A stretch of 64,000 bases of DNA from Bryobacterales bacterium (lineage in GTDB: Bacteria > Acidobacteriota > Terriglobia > Bryobacterales > UBA6623), in assembly GCA_022823865.1 (NCBI GenBank), contig JAJEHF010000065.1, positions 72,304 through 136,303 of the forward strand. Direction: 5' to 3'. Positions within the stretch are counted from its first letter, which is position 1; each line of letters opens with the position of its first letter. Shown one piece after another: positions 61,811-64,000 of the stretch. The notes beneath the pieces were generated by a model that saw only the letters and a program-made list of their open reading frames with translations, was not told the origin of the DNA and searched no databases. Made by a program: the position numbers and the translations under genes.

Positions 61811-62662
61811 GTGAGTCCGGTCGGGATGGACGACGCCTATTTGGGCTGGGATGCTACCATTCCATCCTCGGTTCGAATGAAAGAGAGCGAGTTGCCAAGA
61901 AGACGAACCGCGCTGGGTCGACGGAGAGTCGCCGATCACGTCATGGGCCGGGACGAAGAGAATCCGCTTCGGCAACTGCTTGAGGCGGATCTTGACGTCA
62001 CGTTGCATGCCGCCATCAAGGACGGTGATCCCGCAGTCGTGCGGGATCTGCTTCGGTCCGGAGCCGACCCCGACGCCGTTGTCACCGCGAAAGACGGAGA
62101 CAGTCAAGTCGTCGCGGCCGCTTTGCACACGGCTGTGGACGAAGGGAACCCTGAGATCGTGCGAATACTCCTTGATGCGGGGGCGGAGCCAAGTGTCAGT
62201 TCGGACGGAGTGAAGGGCAAGTGCAAAATGGCTGGCACGGCACTTCATATCGCCGTATCCCGGCAGCACCTTGGCATCGTCCAACTCCTGTTGAGAACGG
62301 GTGCGGACACCGAGGTGCTCGAGGTGATGATCGAGGGCGCCAGGGAGATCAGGCGGACCGCTTTGTTCGCCTCGGCAACGGAAGGCTGGCTGGCTGGCGT
62401 CCGGGCACTGCTGGAGGCGGGGGCCGACCCCAATGCTGTTTCCGCGGATATTGATCGAGAGCGCGGAGTCCTTTGGTCTGCGCTCCATGCGGCTGCCGCC
62501 AAGGGTCACGCCGGAGTCGTGCGGGCACTGCTGGGGGCTGGAGCAGCTCACGACGCCTTGACGAACGAAGGGGAGACAGCGCTCCAGCTTGCGCGCAGTC
62601 GGGATCACGATTCCTGTGTAGCGATTCTGGAGGAAGCCGCGCGAGGAGAAATGTCGCATTGA
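61811..62662 (+). CDS. Ankyrin-repeat protein (about 5-6 repeats)
   Basis: Repeated (T/S)ALHxA..G...VRxLLxAGAD; start codon uncertain. Confidence 0.9.
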   Translation: MSPVGMDDAYLGWDATIPSSVRMKESELPRRRTALGRRRVADHVMGRDEENPLRQLLEADLDVTLHAAIKDGDPAVVRDLLRSGADPDAVVTAKDGDSQVVAAALHTAVDEGNPEIVRILLDAGAEPSVSSDGVKGKCKMAGTALHIAVSRQHLGIVQLLLRTGADTEVLEVMIEGAREIRRTALFASATEGWLAGVRALLEAGADPNAVSADIDRERGVLWSALHAAAAKGHAGVVRALLGAGAAHDALTNEGETALQLARSRDHDSCVAILEEAARGEMSH

Positions 62663-62977
62663 ATTCACTGGGCGGCACGTTGGAATCGGCCGCTGGAGAA
62701 ATGTCTTCGGCCAAGGGGTGGGTCAACTAGACCCCGGATTCCCGAACCGGCGCACCCGCCACGAACAACCGTTCGAAACCTAGCCGCCCCCAACAAGCGC
62801 AAGCGTTGCTGCGCGTGATCTCAGGCGACAAGACACATAGTCAAAAATGGGTGAGTAGTTGCAGGAATTCTATCCACGAACCTGTTTCTGTGAGATGGCT
62901 ACAAACCAACGCTTCCGAACTCAATTGGTTTGATGCGGGGCCAGCCTTCCGCGCAAAGCTCAGCGGAGGAATACGCA

Positions 62978-64000
62978 CTACGGCGGTTGCACTCCGAGTT
63001 CGCGTGCCAAGAAGACGAGGACGTCCGTTTCCTTATCGATCAGCGACTGCAGCCCGCCGCTGCCGAGATGGCCGCCTTGGCGCCGCACCCGCAAGATAAC
63101 CGGATTCGGGGATTCTTGCGCGAATTGCAATGCCGCCGCGAACTTGAAGCTATGCAGAGGGACGACGCGGTCGTCGTGAAGCCCGGCCGTCACAAGGACG
63201 CTGGGATACTCAACGTTCGGTTTGGCATTGTGAACCGGAGAGTAGGAGACTAGAGCCTGAAACTCGTCGGCAACATCGGGGGAGCCGAATTCCGGCGTCC
63301 ATGCCCAGCCAATTGTAAAACGGGGAAACCGTAACATGTCCAAGACGCCGTTTCGCAGAACCGCCGCCCTAAATAGCCTTGGACGCTGCAATATGCAAAC
63401 GGCCGCCACCAAAGCTCCGTTGCTCGCCCCGGTGACGGCCAGTTTCGACGACGACGTATAGCCCTGTTCGATCAACCACTCCGCTGCCCGGATCGTGTCG
63501 CTAAACGTTACCTGTTTCCGAGTCTTCGTGGCAGCGTGATGCCAATCCCTCCCGTACTCGCCGCCACCCCGAACGCCTGGCATCGCGAGGAGCCCTCCCA
63601 TCTCCATCCACAACAGATCTGGGACGGAAAACGAAGGGGTTACCGGAATCCCGAAACCTCCATAGACCCGTAGCTGGGTGGGTTGTTCCCGCGAGCGGTC
63701 ACCGTCACGGCGGTGGCTGATGTAGATCGGTATCATTTGCCCGTCGGAGCCGGGATAGAATTCCAAGTGAGTTGCAATCTGATCGAAGTCGGCATCGATT
63801 CCCTGCACTGCAACGGCAGTGCTCCTCGCGGTTTCCAAATCCAACTCGTAAACGGTATGGGGCTGCGTAAAGCTGGTGAAGGTGTACAAGACCGACGTTG
63901 CGGACGAATCCCTGCGAAACCCAAACGCCCGCCCGAGTGCCGGAAGCGCGACTTCAACTCGTTCCGTCCCTCGAATACTCATGAGCCTGACCACAGTGTG
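62978..64000 (-). CDS. Prolyl oligopeptidase (S9A), partial (N-terminus outside window)
   Basis: YGGF, RGGGEYG..WH, GASNG, LDMLRF, HDDRVVPLHS, GGH. Confidence 0.92.
   Translation of the reverse strand, partial: HTVVRLMSIRGTERVEVALPALGRAFGFRRDSSATSVLYTFTSFTQPHTVYELDLETARSTAVAVQGIDADFDQIATHLEFYPGSDGQMIPIYISHRRDGDRSREQPTQLRVYGGFGIPVTPSFSVPDLLWMEMGGLLAMPGVRGGGEYGRDWHHAATKTRKQVTFSDTIRAAEWLIEQGYTSSSKLAVTGASNGALVAAVCILQRPRLFRAAVLRNGVLDMLRFPRFTIGWAWTPEFGSPDVADEFQALVSYSPVHNAKPNVEYPSVLVTAGLHDDRVVPLHSFKFAAALQFAQESPNPVILRVRRQGGHLGSGGLQSLIDKETDVLVFLARELGVQPP

Larger units (their letters stand above)
54764..62662. mobile_element. Genomic island / degraded integrative element after tRNA-Cys (right end not defined)
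   Basis: Composition shift after tRNA, IS remnants, DUF4238, tyrosine integrase, xis-like HTH, CI-like repressor, ankyrin gene. Confidence 0.75.

Noticed and set aside
58629-62662. Complete prophage or ICE
   Set aside because: No structural, replication, relaxase or T4SS genes

Overview
High-GC bacterial chromosome segment. Gene content (DUF1549/DUF1553 + DUF1501 pair, many ThuA, alpha/beta-hydrolase and enolase-superfamily paralogues, sulfatase, ankyrin protein) suggests Acidobacteriota, possibly host-associated; this is inference. Core genes (coaE, htrA-like, surE, argD, pepP, rnhA, pgsA-like, secA, rbfA; tRNA-Gln, -Gly, -Cys) alternate with a large set of exported catabolic enzymes. Accessory pieces: an orphan CapW/BrxR-like WYL regulator with a palindrome over its promoter; a decaying three-module toxin-antitoxin cluster (14.3-16.1 kb); a small toxin-like gene coupled to an IrrE/ImmA-like protein that lacks HExxH (32.8-34.5 kb); a lower-GC two-gene module with an RxxxxH motif and TM tail (47.6-48.4 kb); and an island after tRNA-Cys with IS debris, DUF4238, an HNH remnant, xis-int, a CI-like repressor lacking its catalytic dyad, and an ankyrin gene. 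Best novelty candidates: the toxin/pseudo-IrrE pair, an in-frame RbfA-ApbE fusion, Tat-signal acid-sugar dehydratases, an archaeal-type ACT/DUF5612 protein, and recurring -10 boxes just upstream of start codons (leaderless mRNAs). No CRISPR array or rRNA seen. Family assignments come from motif recognition by eye, not database searches.
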